A DNA stretch of 64,000 bases from Octopus vulgaris (lineage: Eukaryota): positions 46,872,001 through 46,936,000 of the forward strand of contig OX597835.1 of the NCBI GenBank assembly GCA_951406725.2, read 5' to 3'. Shown here piece after piece: positions 13,680-25,309 of this stretch. A program made the position numbers and the translations under genes. The notes under the pieces are model-generated. The model saw only the letters and a program-made list of their open reading frames with translations, had not been told where the DNA came from and made no database searches. Each line of letters starts with the position of its first letter. The stretch's first letter is position 1.

Positions 13680-13734
<55 letters not shown>

Positions 13735-13735
<1 letters not shown>

Positions 13736-13900
13736 TAATCCAAACATGAAAACACAAAGAGAAAACACAACAACGCGAGGACGTGGAACAGATATAGTAT
13801 TATTGGACGCTCAGGAAAGAAGCTCTTGGTCAGAAACATAGGAAAAGGAAAGATCCAAAGAAGGGAAGACGGAGGGAAAAAAGCGCCAACGGTACACACG
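13735..13900 (-). mobile_element. pLTR-type short element, hammerhead segment deleted
   Basis: GTTAATCCAAACATGAAAACACAAAGAGAAAACACAACAACGCGAGGACGTGGAAC matches the 10420 family; joins GGAAAGAAG to CAGAAACATAGG without the ribozyme core. Confidence 0.6.
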
Positions 13901-14067
13901 CGGTCATATATATATAACATATATACGTACATAAACGCATATACATACATGCACACACGCATATACATACATGCCTATAGACATATACACATATATGTGT
14001 ATATAGACATGCATACATACATATGCACATATATATATATATGTGTGTGTATATATATATATATGTG

Positions 14068-14099
<32 letters not shown>

Positions 14100-14473
14100 T
14101 AATATATATTTACGCGCGCACACACACACACACATACTACATATATGTGTGTGTGTGAGTGTGTATATATGTATATATGAATGTATCGATGGTTGAAAGG
14201 CATGAAAATGGCATTCTTCCTAATGAAACTTCAAAGCAAAATAACCTACACAGGCCGTGCCAACCACAAAGACAAGGCTCTCCTGTTGAGGAGTAAGGAT
14301 ATGATTTGGTGTTCGATGCCATACCATTGCCCCCTTTTCCTGATCCGTTAAAAAACTTTCTAAAAGTTCAATATCCAATAAATATCATTTTTTAAATTCA
14401 AATTTTAATAATGGAGCATTTGTTTTCTTGTCAGAAATCCGCTCTCTCATTCAAGGAAGAATTCTGGGAAATA

Positions 14474-15756
14474 CGAGGGGCGTTCAATAAGTAATGCCCC
14501 TGACCCACTTCCCATAGCAGTAGAGCAACGAAACTTGGCGCAGTTATTAGTCTTTTTCTACATAGGAACCACCCAGAGTTACGCATTTCTCCCAGTGTTT
14601 GATGCAGCTCTGGAGACCGTTTTTGTAGAAGACCCCAGCTTGGTCCTCCAACCTGAACGTGACTTCAGAAATCAAGGCTGCATCATCTGGGAAACGCTTT
14701 CCTTTCAAAAACAACTTCATGACTGGGAAGAGGTGAAAATCAGAGGGTGCAAGGTCAGGAAAGTAGGGGGATGGGGGAGGAGTTCATAGCCATACGCCTG
14801 TGCTTCTGATCTGGCGACAAGCGAGTTGTGGACCGGAGCGTTGTCCTGCAGGAGGAGGATGCCTTTGTTGATCTTGCCCCGCCTCTTGATTTTGATAACT
14901 TCTCTTAATTTCCTCAAAAGTGAAGCATAATAAGCTCCTGCAATTGTGGTACCCTTTGCCAGGAAATCTGTCATCACTACTCCGTCCTGGTCCCAGAAGA
15001 CTGTGAGCATGACCTTGCCAGCGGAGGGCTGCACCCTTGCCTTCTTTGGAGGGGGTAAGTCACGGTGCTTCCACTGCATTGACTGGGCTTTGGTCTCTGG
15101 ATCATCGTGATGGACCCAGGTTTCATCCTGTGTAATCAGTCTTTTGAAAAATTTTGACTCATCTTCTTGGCACATCTCCAAATTCACCCTCGAGCACTCG
15201 ACGCGTTATTGCTTCTGGAAAGGCGTGAGCAACCTGGGAATCCATCTGGCAGACACCTTTTGCATATGCAAATGGTCATGAATGATAGTTTCCACAGACC
15301 CGGTACTAATCTTGACCTCATGGGCTATTTGGCGAATAATTATGCGTCGATCTTCCAAAATGGCAGCCTCAACTTGACGGACAGATGCCTCATCAATGGC
15401 AGAAGGGGCGACCAGATCTGGGAGCTGTTTCCACAGAGTTCCGACCATGTCTGAATTCACGATGCCAGCGTTTTACAAGGTCATATGATGGGGCATCATC
15501 ACCATAAGTTACTTTCGTTTCATCAAAAGTCTCCCGTGGTGTGCGTCCTTTCAAATACAAAAACCGGATCACTGCTCGACACTCAACAGGCTCCATTTCA
15601 CACTTGACTCGGTTCAAACACCAGTAAATCAGAAACCACAATTAATTCAGAACTGTAATTTGCCACTTAGAGATATAAATGATTGCACATGCAAAATTTC
15701 AGCTAGATCAAACAACTGCAAGTGGGTCAGAGGCATTACTTATTGAACGTCCCTCG
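14474..15756 (-). mobile_element. Full-length mariner (D,D34D) element, ~1.28 kb
   Basis: 36-bp TIRs CGAGGG(G/A)CGTTCAATAAGTAATGCC(C/T)CTGACCCACT with 2 mismatches; TA flanks at 14472-3 and 15757-8. Confidence 0.95.
14547..15596 (-). pseudogene. Mariner transposase pseudogene
   Basis: MEPVECRAVIRFL...WIPRLL...ITQDETW...QDNAP...YFPDLAPSD with 34 residues between the 2nd and 3rd Asp. Two frameshifts (after SGRP, at HPP) and one in-frame TAA near 15206. Confidence 0.92.
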
Positions 15757-16110
15757 TACATAAAAGAGAAGAAACCTGCGCACAAAACATACATTTATAC
15801 ATCCATACAAGTAATTTTATTTCACTCGAGTGCCATGGCTCCGTGTTTCCATGTTGTAAAAGTGACCGAACTGACAACACGCCTGAACGGGACACCGATC
15901 CATTGCAGGACTCTAGAATGACTTAGTTGCTATAAACGAGCCTTCGCCATCCCGTGAGAAAGAACTGGGTGTGTCTTATGCTCTGAGGTATTCTCTGTCA
16001 CAAACAAAAGATTAAATTCCTCTTATCCTTTCTTCATTCCTTTCCCCCCCTCTCTCTCTTTCTCTCCTTTAATTCACTAAGGGTCATGCACATAACACTT
16101 CCTTCTTTTA

Positions 16111-16296
<186 letters not shown>

Positions 16297-16818
16297 GTAA
16301 AAACAATTAAGATTCAAGTGAGTTCCAATGAATTCACATGAATGCGGTACTTAACTTCGATGCACCAGAAATCTTTGTGGTATAAACCATAAAATAAAGT
16401 GGGGTGATTATAAACAAGAAAAAAGCAACAAGAATGGATTAGTTGTTCAGTACAATTGTTTCATACGAAGAACAGCTTTATTAAAAGCTGCAAATATTGC
16501 AGCAAATACAAGTGTCCCGTATTCATCAGCCAAAACACATATGAGTTTTCCAAACATCCTAGGGGTGAGGCTACACTCATGAAGTATCGAAGAGAGTTCT
16601 ATGAAAAGCAAAGTTAGATTGTAAGCAGACTTCAAATGTTCTCTAATGATGCACAGTTTTATAAAAGGTTTTTAAAAAAGTTTGTTAGCTTCACAGAAAA
16701 GGTAAATCCATTCATAATAATGCAGGTGTAATTTCCGGAGATATGAGGAGATACTTCATACTCAGAGAAGATGAATGTATCCATAATAATGTAGATGTAA
16801 TTTCCTGATATATGAGAA

Positions 16819-16861
<43 letters not shown>

Positions 16862-16900
16862 TAGGCGCAAGAGTTGCAGTGTGGTAAGAAGCTTGCTTCC

Positions 16901-18905
16901 GGTTCCGGTTGTTCAGTTGTCTTCTCTGTGCCCTTGAAGTCGTCACGCTGGTGTGCAGCGGACGAAAGTTGAATTGAAAGAAGCTCTACCGTAAGGTAAG
17001 ACTTTTTGCTTTTTGAGTCCAGTAGGATTTGTTGCCTGTAGGTTTTATTATTTTTTTTTTGTACAAGCAAGGAGTCCTTACTGGATTCGGAGCTTTTTGT
17101 CTGCCGCGGTAGAGACGTGTGTGTTTTCTCACATAACTGAGAAATTGTGTGTGGAGTTTACTCCAAGTTGTTTTTGAAATTTTTTGTGCCGACGTGGATT
17201 TTACAAAGGATTTGCCAGAAGTACCTTTCGGCCTAAAATTATTTTCTTTGCCAACATTTGAACTCTTCTTCAAATCTATCATTTAATTTGGAACAAAAAC
17301 TTTATTGAACTGTTATTTTTATTTTTTCTTCCCTTCTGTTGCGTCTTTCTTTCTTATTTTGTGTATCTTTCTTCATTTTAAAACTCTATTGTGAACTGTA
17401 TTTGAACTTTTTTTTAAAATGGCAAAGGAATTATTAGTGTGGGAATTGACACCTCCCAAGACATGGCTCGAAGAGTTCGAAAGGAAGGCGGTGGTATTGA
17501 GGACTTATTCTAAGTCGCTCGATACCATAACCGTCTTCCCGAAAGCCACGATTCTGAAAGAGCTGGCAGAATACATGCCAGCTATTAAATTCATTTCACG
17601 GGGAGTCAAATATGCAACGGTCTGGTTGCTATTTGACTCCCCCCAAGAAGCTTGCGAGTTTGCAAGCCGGCCCCTCGAGGGCAATGGAATTATGTTCCTT
17701 CCCAGTTATTGTGGGAAGAAGTTGACGAGGGCTTGGGTCTGCGGTTTGCCACCCGGAATTGAGCCCGAGTGGATAGACGATTCTATCCACTGGGGTCTGA
17801 GTGGTAGCAGTACCAAGCTGCTCAACGTAAAAATTTTGCCTGCGGCTGATTGGGAGGGCTCAAAAGCTGTTTTGACCCTATGGACCCAATCAGCCGAAAG
17901 TCTGGTTTTCCCAGATTTTTTTAGGATGGCCGGGTCTAGGTATCCGGTGATGCTCGAGGGACGCTCCCCCAAGTGTCACCTGTGCCTAGAAACCGTCCAC
18001 ATCAAGAAAAACTGCCCCAAGAACCAAAATAGGGTCGTGGAGCAGTTAATAGAGGAATCACTCCCTGCTCCCTCAATGGAGGGAGAGAAGGAGGAGGATG
18101 ACGAGGAGGTTTCAACCTCCTCGAAAAAACGGAAGCGAAACGTGGGCAACAATGGTTGCCCACCGAAGGACCCGAGGGCTGTGGGACAAAAGGAGGACCT
18201 GCTGGAGACAGTAAAGGAACACCACCCTCCCGCGACCCAAGGGGAAAAGAAAAGAAAAAAGAAAAACGGGACATTGCCGGCAGGTTGTGACACGCTGCCG
18301 GCGTGTCCCGATGCTCCTTCGGCGGGTGTGCCGCTGGAAGAGGAATTTGTGGTCCTCTTCCACAAGGGAGGAACTCTGCAGAATGTAATCAGAAAATTTG
18401 AGAGGAAGGGCCGGTGGGAGGGGCTTCTGTCCTGCACGGAGGACTCTGAGTGGCCATCGCAGGTACTGCGGATGTCATATGGGAAACTGATCTGAGCAGG
18501 ATAATGAATTCTTTCCCGGCGGACTCCTTTAGATATATGACCAAGTGGTCCGGCTCAAAACTGACTAGGTGCTTCGAAGAAGCGAGGAGCCTGGTCGGAC
18601 AGAAAACTTGAAGTGTTGGACGTTTGGACTCAAAAAGAGTCTACAAAATCCAAAAAAAAAAGTGAGAGGATTATTGCCTCGTGTGTGAGTTTTTTTTTAA
18701 AACTATGTAAGAGGTTTATCGCCTCACTGTGTTTCTTTAAAAAAATGAAAAAAAGAACAATGTTTTAAAGAAGCGAAAGTCGGCGGGCGCTTTCGTCTTC
18801 TCCCATCCTTATCATCCTTGTATCATCATCATTCATCCCATTAATGTCTGTGTCCAGCCCGCAAGCTTCTCTGTATGCTGCCCTTGTGGCAAATTTAATG
18901 AAATA
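16901..18905 (+). mobile_element. ORF1-only (half-L1/HAL1-like) Tx1/L1-clade non-LTR element
   Basis: 15-bp TSD AAGAAGCTTGCTTCC (16886-16900, 18906-18920), ~520-bp 5' UTR, single ORF1, ~410-bp 3' UTR ending CTGTATGCTGCCCTTGTGGCAAATTTAATGAAATA. No endonuclease or RT coding sequence. Confidence 0.85.
17419..18495 (+). CDS. Tx1/L1-type ORF1 nucleic-acid-binding protein (358 aa) with CCHC zinc knuckle
   Basis: Uninterrupted ORF; RRM-like N-terminal half (ATVWLLF, RAWVCGLPPGI), YPVMLEGRSPK-CHLCLETVHIKKNC (CX2CX4HX4C), then a charged low-complexity tail. Confidence 0.85.
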   Translation: MAKELLVWELTPPKTWLEEFERKAVVLRTYSKSLDTITVFPKATILKELAEYMPAIKFISRGVKYATVWLLFDSPQEACEFASRPLEGNGIMFLPSYCGKKLTRAWVCGLPPGIEPEWIDDSIHWGLSGSSTKLLNVKILPAADWEGSKAVLTLWTQSAESLVFPDFFRMAGSRYPVMLEGRSPKCHLCLETVHIKKNCPKNQNRVVEQLIEESLPAPSMEGEKEEDDEEVSTSSKKRKRNVGNNGCPPKDPRAVGQKEDLLETVKEHHPPATQGEKKRKKKNGTLPAGCDTLPACPDAPSAGVPLEEEFVVLFHKGGTLQNVIRKFERKGRWEGLLSCTEDSEWPSQVLRMSYGKLI

Positions 18906-19075
18906 AAGAAGCTTGCTTCCCAACCATATGGTTCCGGGTTCAGTCTCCTGTGTGGCACTTTGGGCAGCTGTCTTCTACTATAGTCTCGGTTCAGCCAAAG
19001 CTTTTTGAATGGATTTGGTAGATGGAAACTGAAAGAATCCCATCGTATACAAATATATATTTATGTGTGTGTGTA

Positions 19076-19840
19076 TGGTCTGATCAATAAGTATCCGGAC
19101 TGTTGCTATAGTGATGAACCTAAAGCCTACAGAGTGACCATGACAGAGAATGTTAAGCAGAGAATCTGCTTCAAATTTTGCCAAAAGCTTGGCGATGCCT
19201 GCTCAGTGGCCTACGCAAGGTTTTCAAAAAGTTTTCATCGTTCTCGACACAATGAAGGAGATCTTGTGCAACTGAAACCCTAGTGTCTTTTGGTCAGCTG
19301 AAAGCAGTTTTGGCACAAACTTGGCAGACACGCGTCTCATATCCAAATCTTCAGTGATAATGGACTGAACTGAACCGTAACTAATTTGCACATCCTCTGA
19401 AAACTCACGGATGGTGATTCGACGATTTCCCTTCTCGGCTGCACGCACATTTGCGTTGTTTTTCTCAGATCTTCTGGTTGCGGATCTCCCAAAACATTCG
19501 TCGATATCAACATTTTTTCTGCCATCTTAGAAGCGTCTGAACCACTCATACGCTTGTGTACGGTTCATACACTCCTCTCCATACACTTTCATCAATTTTG
19601 CGTGGGCCTCAGAGCACTGTATCGATATGACAGCTTTCGCTATCATGGTCAATGTGACGATCACACGCTACACACCTTTCTTCCAAGCACTGCTGTAAAC
19701 AGCAGAAGTGAGCTAGAATGTTAAAATTTAGTGTGCATGCACAGCAGAGTTCAAGGGTAATTTTTGCCAAGTGGCTTCACTCTGCGTATTTTAGCTTTGT
19801 TACTATAGCAACAGTCCGGATATTTATTGATCAGACCGCG
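19076..19840. mobile_element. Non-autonomous mariner derivative with two transposase 5' ends
   Basis: TIRs GGTCTGATCAATAA(G/A)TATCCGGACTGTTGCTATAGT at both ends with TA flanks. The + strand encodes MTENVKQRICFKFCQKLG; the - strand encodes RRITIRE...RRVSAKFVPKLL. Confidence 0.8.
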
Positions 19841-19875
19841 CATATATATTATATATATAGTGGCTGTGTGGTATA

Positions 19876-20285
19876 GGCGCAGAAGTGGCAGTGTGGTAAG
19901 AAGCTTGCTTACCAACCACACGGTTACGGGTTCAGTCCTACTGTGTGGCACGTTGTGCAAGTGTCTGTTTCTATGGCCTCGGACCGACCCAAGCCTTGTG
20001 AATGGATTTGGTAGACGGAAACTGAAAGAAGCCTGTCGTATATATGTACATATATATATGTGTGTGTGTGTGGGGGGGGTTGTGTGTGTTTGTCCCCCCA
20101 ATATAGATTGACAATCCATGCTTGATTGTTTACATTCCCGTAACTTTGCGGTTCGACAAAAGAGACAGTTAGAATAAGTACTAGACTTACAAAGAATAAG
20201 TCCTGGGGTCGATTTGGTCGACTAAAGACGGTGCTCCAGCATGGCCGCAGTCAAATGACTGAAACAAGTAAAAGAATAAAAGAAT
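19876..20285 (+). mobile_element. SINE family A, full length
   Basis: Complete head (A-box-like TGGCAGTGTGG, B-box-like GGTTCAGTCC), body and AAAAGAATA tail. Confidence 0.85.
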
Positions 20286-20314
20286 ATATATACATATATA
20301 TATACCCATGTATG

Positions 20315-20420
<106 letters not shown>

Positions 20421-20463
20421 TTTTTACTTCCGCTATACCCCAAGCTCGCCCCTCCTCGTTTTT

Positions 20464-20513
<50 letters not shown>

Positions 20514-20918
20514 ATCTCTCTTACTCTATTCACCTACCTGCTCCACTTCCCCCCACTCTTACTCGTCTTCCTCCCACTACCTTTCTAGCTTATCCACTCC
20601 TCTTCTCCCTCTCTCTCCCAAGCTTACCCATCGCCCATCTTTCCGTTTTTCTTCTTTAACCCACTCTCCCTTCACCTTATTCCCCTCCTCCCATCCCGCA
20701 CTCTCCTACTAGTATTTTTCTCCCTGCTTCATCTTTTCTCCCTCCCTAAGCTCACTTCTCCCTCCCTAAGTCACCCACTGCTCTCCTTCCCTCCCTCCAT
20801 CTTCTCATCTAATGCCTTATTTCTCTTCCTTTCACTCAAAGTCATCTAACCCGAACCCTAACTACCGCTTTCTCTTTATCTCTCTAAGCTCTCTAGTTTA
20901 ATTAACTCGAGCTAACCC

Positions 20919-20978
<60 letters not shown>

Positions 20979-22171
20979 AAGTCTCACTTTTTCTCGTTCA
21001 TCCAACCTTTTCTCTCACTTTCTCCGCATCTCGTCAAGCTTAGCCTGTTAGAAATTGCGACCAAATCCATCTCAAACCACATTGTACATCCCTGGGAAAA
21101 GACGCAAAGCATAAATGTGGCCATAGAAAAAGAAAGAATGGTCCCAACTGGAATCTCTTTGATCGTTGGTCTGGCTGTACCAGAGCTGACATGCAGATAA
21201 AGAACCTCACCTCTCTGACTGTCTCTCTCATTCTTTGTCTCTCCGCATCTCTCCAAGTCATGGTGGATTGGAGAGCTAGAAGCAGTCAAACCTCCTTCAA
21301 AGCACGCTGTACCGTCGTAGGAAAAGACAGGGTAACCGTGGCCCCAGGGAAAGGCGGGAAGTTCATAATTGGAATACTTTTGATCGTAGGTCGTGCTCTA
21401 TCAAGGATCACCAGGAGCTGCTCAGCAACTTCCACCTTTCTCTCATTCTCTCTTCCACACACACACACGCTCTTTCTCTCTCTTTCTCTCTCTTTCTCTC
21501 TTGATCATTCAACTGTCTCTCAAACATTCTATCCTCCTTCTCCCTTCTGTGGCAGTCAGATGTGTATCAATGAAGTACGAAGGGAGTTGAGGAAGGGGTC
21601 GACATAATAAATAAACTGTAAGGGCCACCCACCCTTGAACGGTCGGCTGACAACTGTGTGACAAGTCAAGCGAGAGAGAAAGAGAAAGGGAGTAAGACAG
21701 AGAGAGAAGTAAGCGGAGAAACAGGGAGATAGAGTGAGGGGAGGAGGGGCAAAGGCACTGACCTTACAGGTGTTGACAAATGAGTATTTCAGGGAGAGAA
21801 GGTTCTTCAATTGTTTCCCCTTCTCAGCCCGCTACACCTCGATGCCCTTCCCTAAAAACTACTGACAGGGCACCCTCTCAGTCTGTGTTTCTCTCTCTCG
21901 CTCTCTCCACCACCACCCTCTCTCTCTCGCTCTCCAACACTTTTAATTAACTACCGTCTTCCAACACATACCTACAATCATAAAAACACTCACCCTTCCA
22001 TCTTAACACACACACACTCGGGCACATGCGTGAACACACAGTCACATCCACCGACGCAAACCCGTTTACACTGCTCTTCCGATCACGCCCTTACCTGCCC
22101 AAACAAACACACCAACAGGCTCACACGGCTGCTTCAACACAGATACACGCAAATACCTCGTCATACATATC

Positions 22172-22246
<75 letters not shown>

Positions 22247-22389
22247 GACACACACACACACATACACACATACACACAAACACACAAACACACACACACA
22301 AACACACACAAACGCACACACACACATACACACACACACACAAACACACACAAACACACACAAACACACACACACACACAAACACACTC

Positions 22390-22438
<49 letters not shown>

Positions 22439-22450
22439 AACACACACACA

Positions 22451-22541
<91 letters not shown>

Positions 22542-22562
22542 ACACAAACGCACACATACACA

Positions 22563-22606
<44 letters not shown>

Positions 22607-22609
22607 AAT

Positions 22610-22664
<55 letters not shown>

Positions 22665-22693
22665 AACACACACACACACAAACACACACATAA

Positions 22694-22727
<34 letters not shown>

Positions 22728-22860
22728 AACACACACACAAACACAAACGCACACACACACACACACACACACAAACATACACACACAAACACACACAAAC
22801 ACAAACACACACAAACACACACACACAAACACACACACACACACACACCCACAAACGCAT
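22172..22860. repeat. ~690-bp interrupted (CA)n array
   Basis: Direct reading; source of the His-Thr/Val-Cys ORFs. Confidence 0.95.
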
Positions 22861-23159
22861 ACACAAGAGATTCTCCGTCAGTTTCGACGACGACTACTAT
22901 ACAGTTGTTTAATCAACTTCTTTCACTCCATCCATATCGGCTCCGTTCGAGTTGGCAAATATTCGAAGGTTATCCAACCATGACAATCCTTGCAGAAAAA
23001 TGTACCGCAGACTAAATCATTCTAAATGTTCTCCTGTTAAAACAGCTGAGTGAGATTTAAAAGCAATTTGACTGCTATTTCTAGAATATGGACCTACCAC
23101 CTAGCTGCTCCCTCGTTCGCTTGCTTTCCTTTTATATTTTTTAACGTTTTTTCTTCTTT

Positions 23160-23375
23160 TTTTACCTTTTACTTGTTTCAGTCATTAGACTGCGGCCATG
23201 CTGGGGCATCGCCTACACAATCTTAGACGAAGAATTCTAGCCCCAGCACTTTTAGTTTTCTAAGTCTGGCACTTATTCCATTGGTGTCTCTTGCCGAACC
23301 GCTAAGTTACGGGAAAGTAAACAAATCAATACCGGTGTTCAAGCGGTGGAGGGTGGCACAAACACACACGCGCAA
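23160..23375 (-). mobile_element. SINE family A 3' half
   Basis: TTGTTTCAGTCATTAGACTGCGGCCATGCTGGGGC...GCCGAACCGCTAAGTTACGGG, reverse orientation. Confidence 0.7.
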
Positions 23376-23384
23376 GCGAGCGCT

Positions 23385-23706
23385 GGTACTCCGTCGGTTA
23401 CGACGATGAGTATCGAAGTCGATCCGATCAACGGAACAGCCAGCTCGTGAAATTAATATGCAAGTGGTTGAGTACTCCACAGACACGCGTACTTTAATGT
23501 AATTCTTAGAAGAGATTCCGCGTGACACAGAATGTGACAAGGCTCGCCCCCTTGAATTACAGGTATTACTCATTATTGCCAGGTGTGAGTGGAGTGGAGC
23601 AATGGGAAATAAAGTGTCTTGCTCAAGGACACAACGTGTCACCGGGATTTGAACTCAACACCTTACGACCATGAGCCGAATATCCTAACCACTGAACCAC
23701 TCGCCT
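23385..23706 (-). mobile_element. tRNA-derived SINE, family C
   Basis: Minus strand GGCGAGTGGTTCAGTGGTTAGG...GAGTTCAAATCCCGG (A and B boxes) followed by GTGTCCTTGAGCAAGACACTT. Related head at 49835-49987. Confidence 0.75.
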
Positions 23707-23769
23707 TCACACACACACACACCTTCACACACATATACACCTTCACACACACACACCTTCACACACACG

Positions 23770-23814
<45 letters not shown>

Positions 23815-23879
23815 TCAGACACATATACACCTTCACACACACACACACCTTAGCACACACACCTTCACACACACACACC

Positions 23880-23946
<67 letters not shown>

Positions 23947-24104
23947 CACACACACACACACACACCTTAGCACACACACACCTTAGCACACACACCTTCA
24001 CACACACACACACCTTCACACACACACACACACCTTCACACACAAACACACACACCTTCACACACACACACGCACTCACACACACACCTTCACGCACACA
24101 TACG

Positions 24105-24243
24105 ACGAGCTTCTTTCAGTTTCCGTCTCCCAGATTCACTCACTAAGTTTTGCTTGACCCCTGGCTACAGAAGACACTTGTCTTAAGTGGTAGTCGGTGG
24201 GATTGAACCCGGAACCAGGTTTTACGGAGCATCTTAACTACAC
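24105..24243 (-). mobile_element. SINE family A head fragment
   Basis: GCTTCTTTCAGTTTCCGTCT...GGATTGAACCCGGAACC, reverse orientation. Confidence 0.6.
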
Positions 24244-24796
24244 ATTTCTGTTCTTATTGTTATTGTTGATGTGTCAATACAGAACAAGAAAACCTATGTT
24301 CAAAGCCGTTCCAGTCGCGACCCACATGTCTTTCATTCAGACATTAAATTGAGAACCACATAATCCAACGTATTCTTCCATCCTTTAAGACAGCAAGATG
24401 CGGTATGAGGGTGATCTGGCTGCTATTTCCAGCAGATCACACAACCACATAAAGATTTCATCTATAGTAGTAGTAGTAGTAGTAGTAGTAGAAATTTATC
24501 TCCCACTGAAGCCTTGATCAGGGAGACCAATATTTAAAGACATTCCAGATGTGACCATTCTGCCTTTGTTTATATTTTTCAGATTTCAGATTTCAGATAA
24601 CGTTCATCAGGAAAATGTATCCTTCTTTTGAAATTTGGCTGCTGTTTTTAGCAACTGACCATTTTATCATTTTTAAGTCTTATTTAAGGAACCGAAATGG
24701 CAGAAATTTTACCAAACGTGCCAAAACGCTGAGCTGCATTGCTTTCGTTTCTTTGCGTTCCCAGTTCAAATGCCGCCGAGGTTGACTTAGCCATTA

Positions 24797-25015
24797 CTGC
24801 CCACAAGAGGCTAAACACAGAGGGGACAAACAAGGATAGACAAACGGATTAAGTCGATTATATCGACCCCAGTGTGTAACTGGTACTTATTTAAATCGAA
24901 CCCGAAAGGATGAAAGGCAAAGTCGACCTCGGCGGAATTTGAACTCAGAATGTAACGGCAGACGAAATACGGCTTCGCATTTCGCTCGGCGTGCTAACGT
25001 TTCTGCCAGCTCACC
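24797..25015 (-). mobile_element. tRNA-derived SINE, family B, near full length
   Basis: Minus strand GAGCTGGCAGAAACGTTAGCACG...GAGTTCAAATTCCGCCGAGGTCGACTTTGCCTTTCATCC...GGGGTCGATATAATCGACT. Confidence 0.8.
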
Positions 25016-25309
25016 GCATTTCTGAGAGATATATATTGAAAGGCATTCCGGCCGTGGCCATCACTTCTTTTAGGAATATCTAAGACTACACTAACATGTC
25101 CTGTTTTTAAAGATGTTTTTCTTTAGCTCCAGCTTAGACTTGATTAATTAAAAGCAGACCATCAATGACCATTCCGTTCTTTTTCCCCCTAGTGTATCAG
25201 GAACCTACATGCTCTTCTTTTAAGACAGCAGACTGCAATTTGAGGGAGACAGAGCTGCTATTTCTAGCATATCGAATGATGACATAGAAGCTCTTTCGCT
25301 GGCTTGGCT

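Larger units (their letters stand above)
16863..19047 (+). mobile_element. SINE family A copy split by a 2-kb insertion (16863-16900 + 18906-19047)
   Basis: Head GGCGCAAGAGTTGCAGTGTGGTAAGAAGCTTGCTTCC resumes after the insert as AAGAAGCTTGCTTCCCAACCATATGGTTCCGGGTTCAGTC. Confidence 0.85.

Noticed and set aside
23630-23706. tRNA-like sequences (also ~29296-29364, ~49920-49987 and family A/B heads) as real tRNA genes
   Set aside because: A/B boxes are present but acceptor stems do not close, and each continues into a repeated SINE body.
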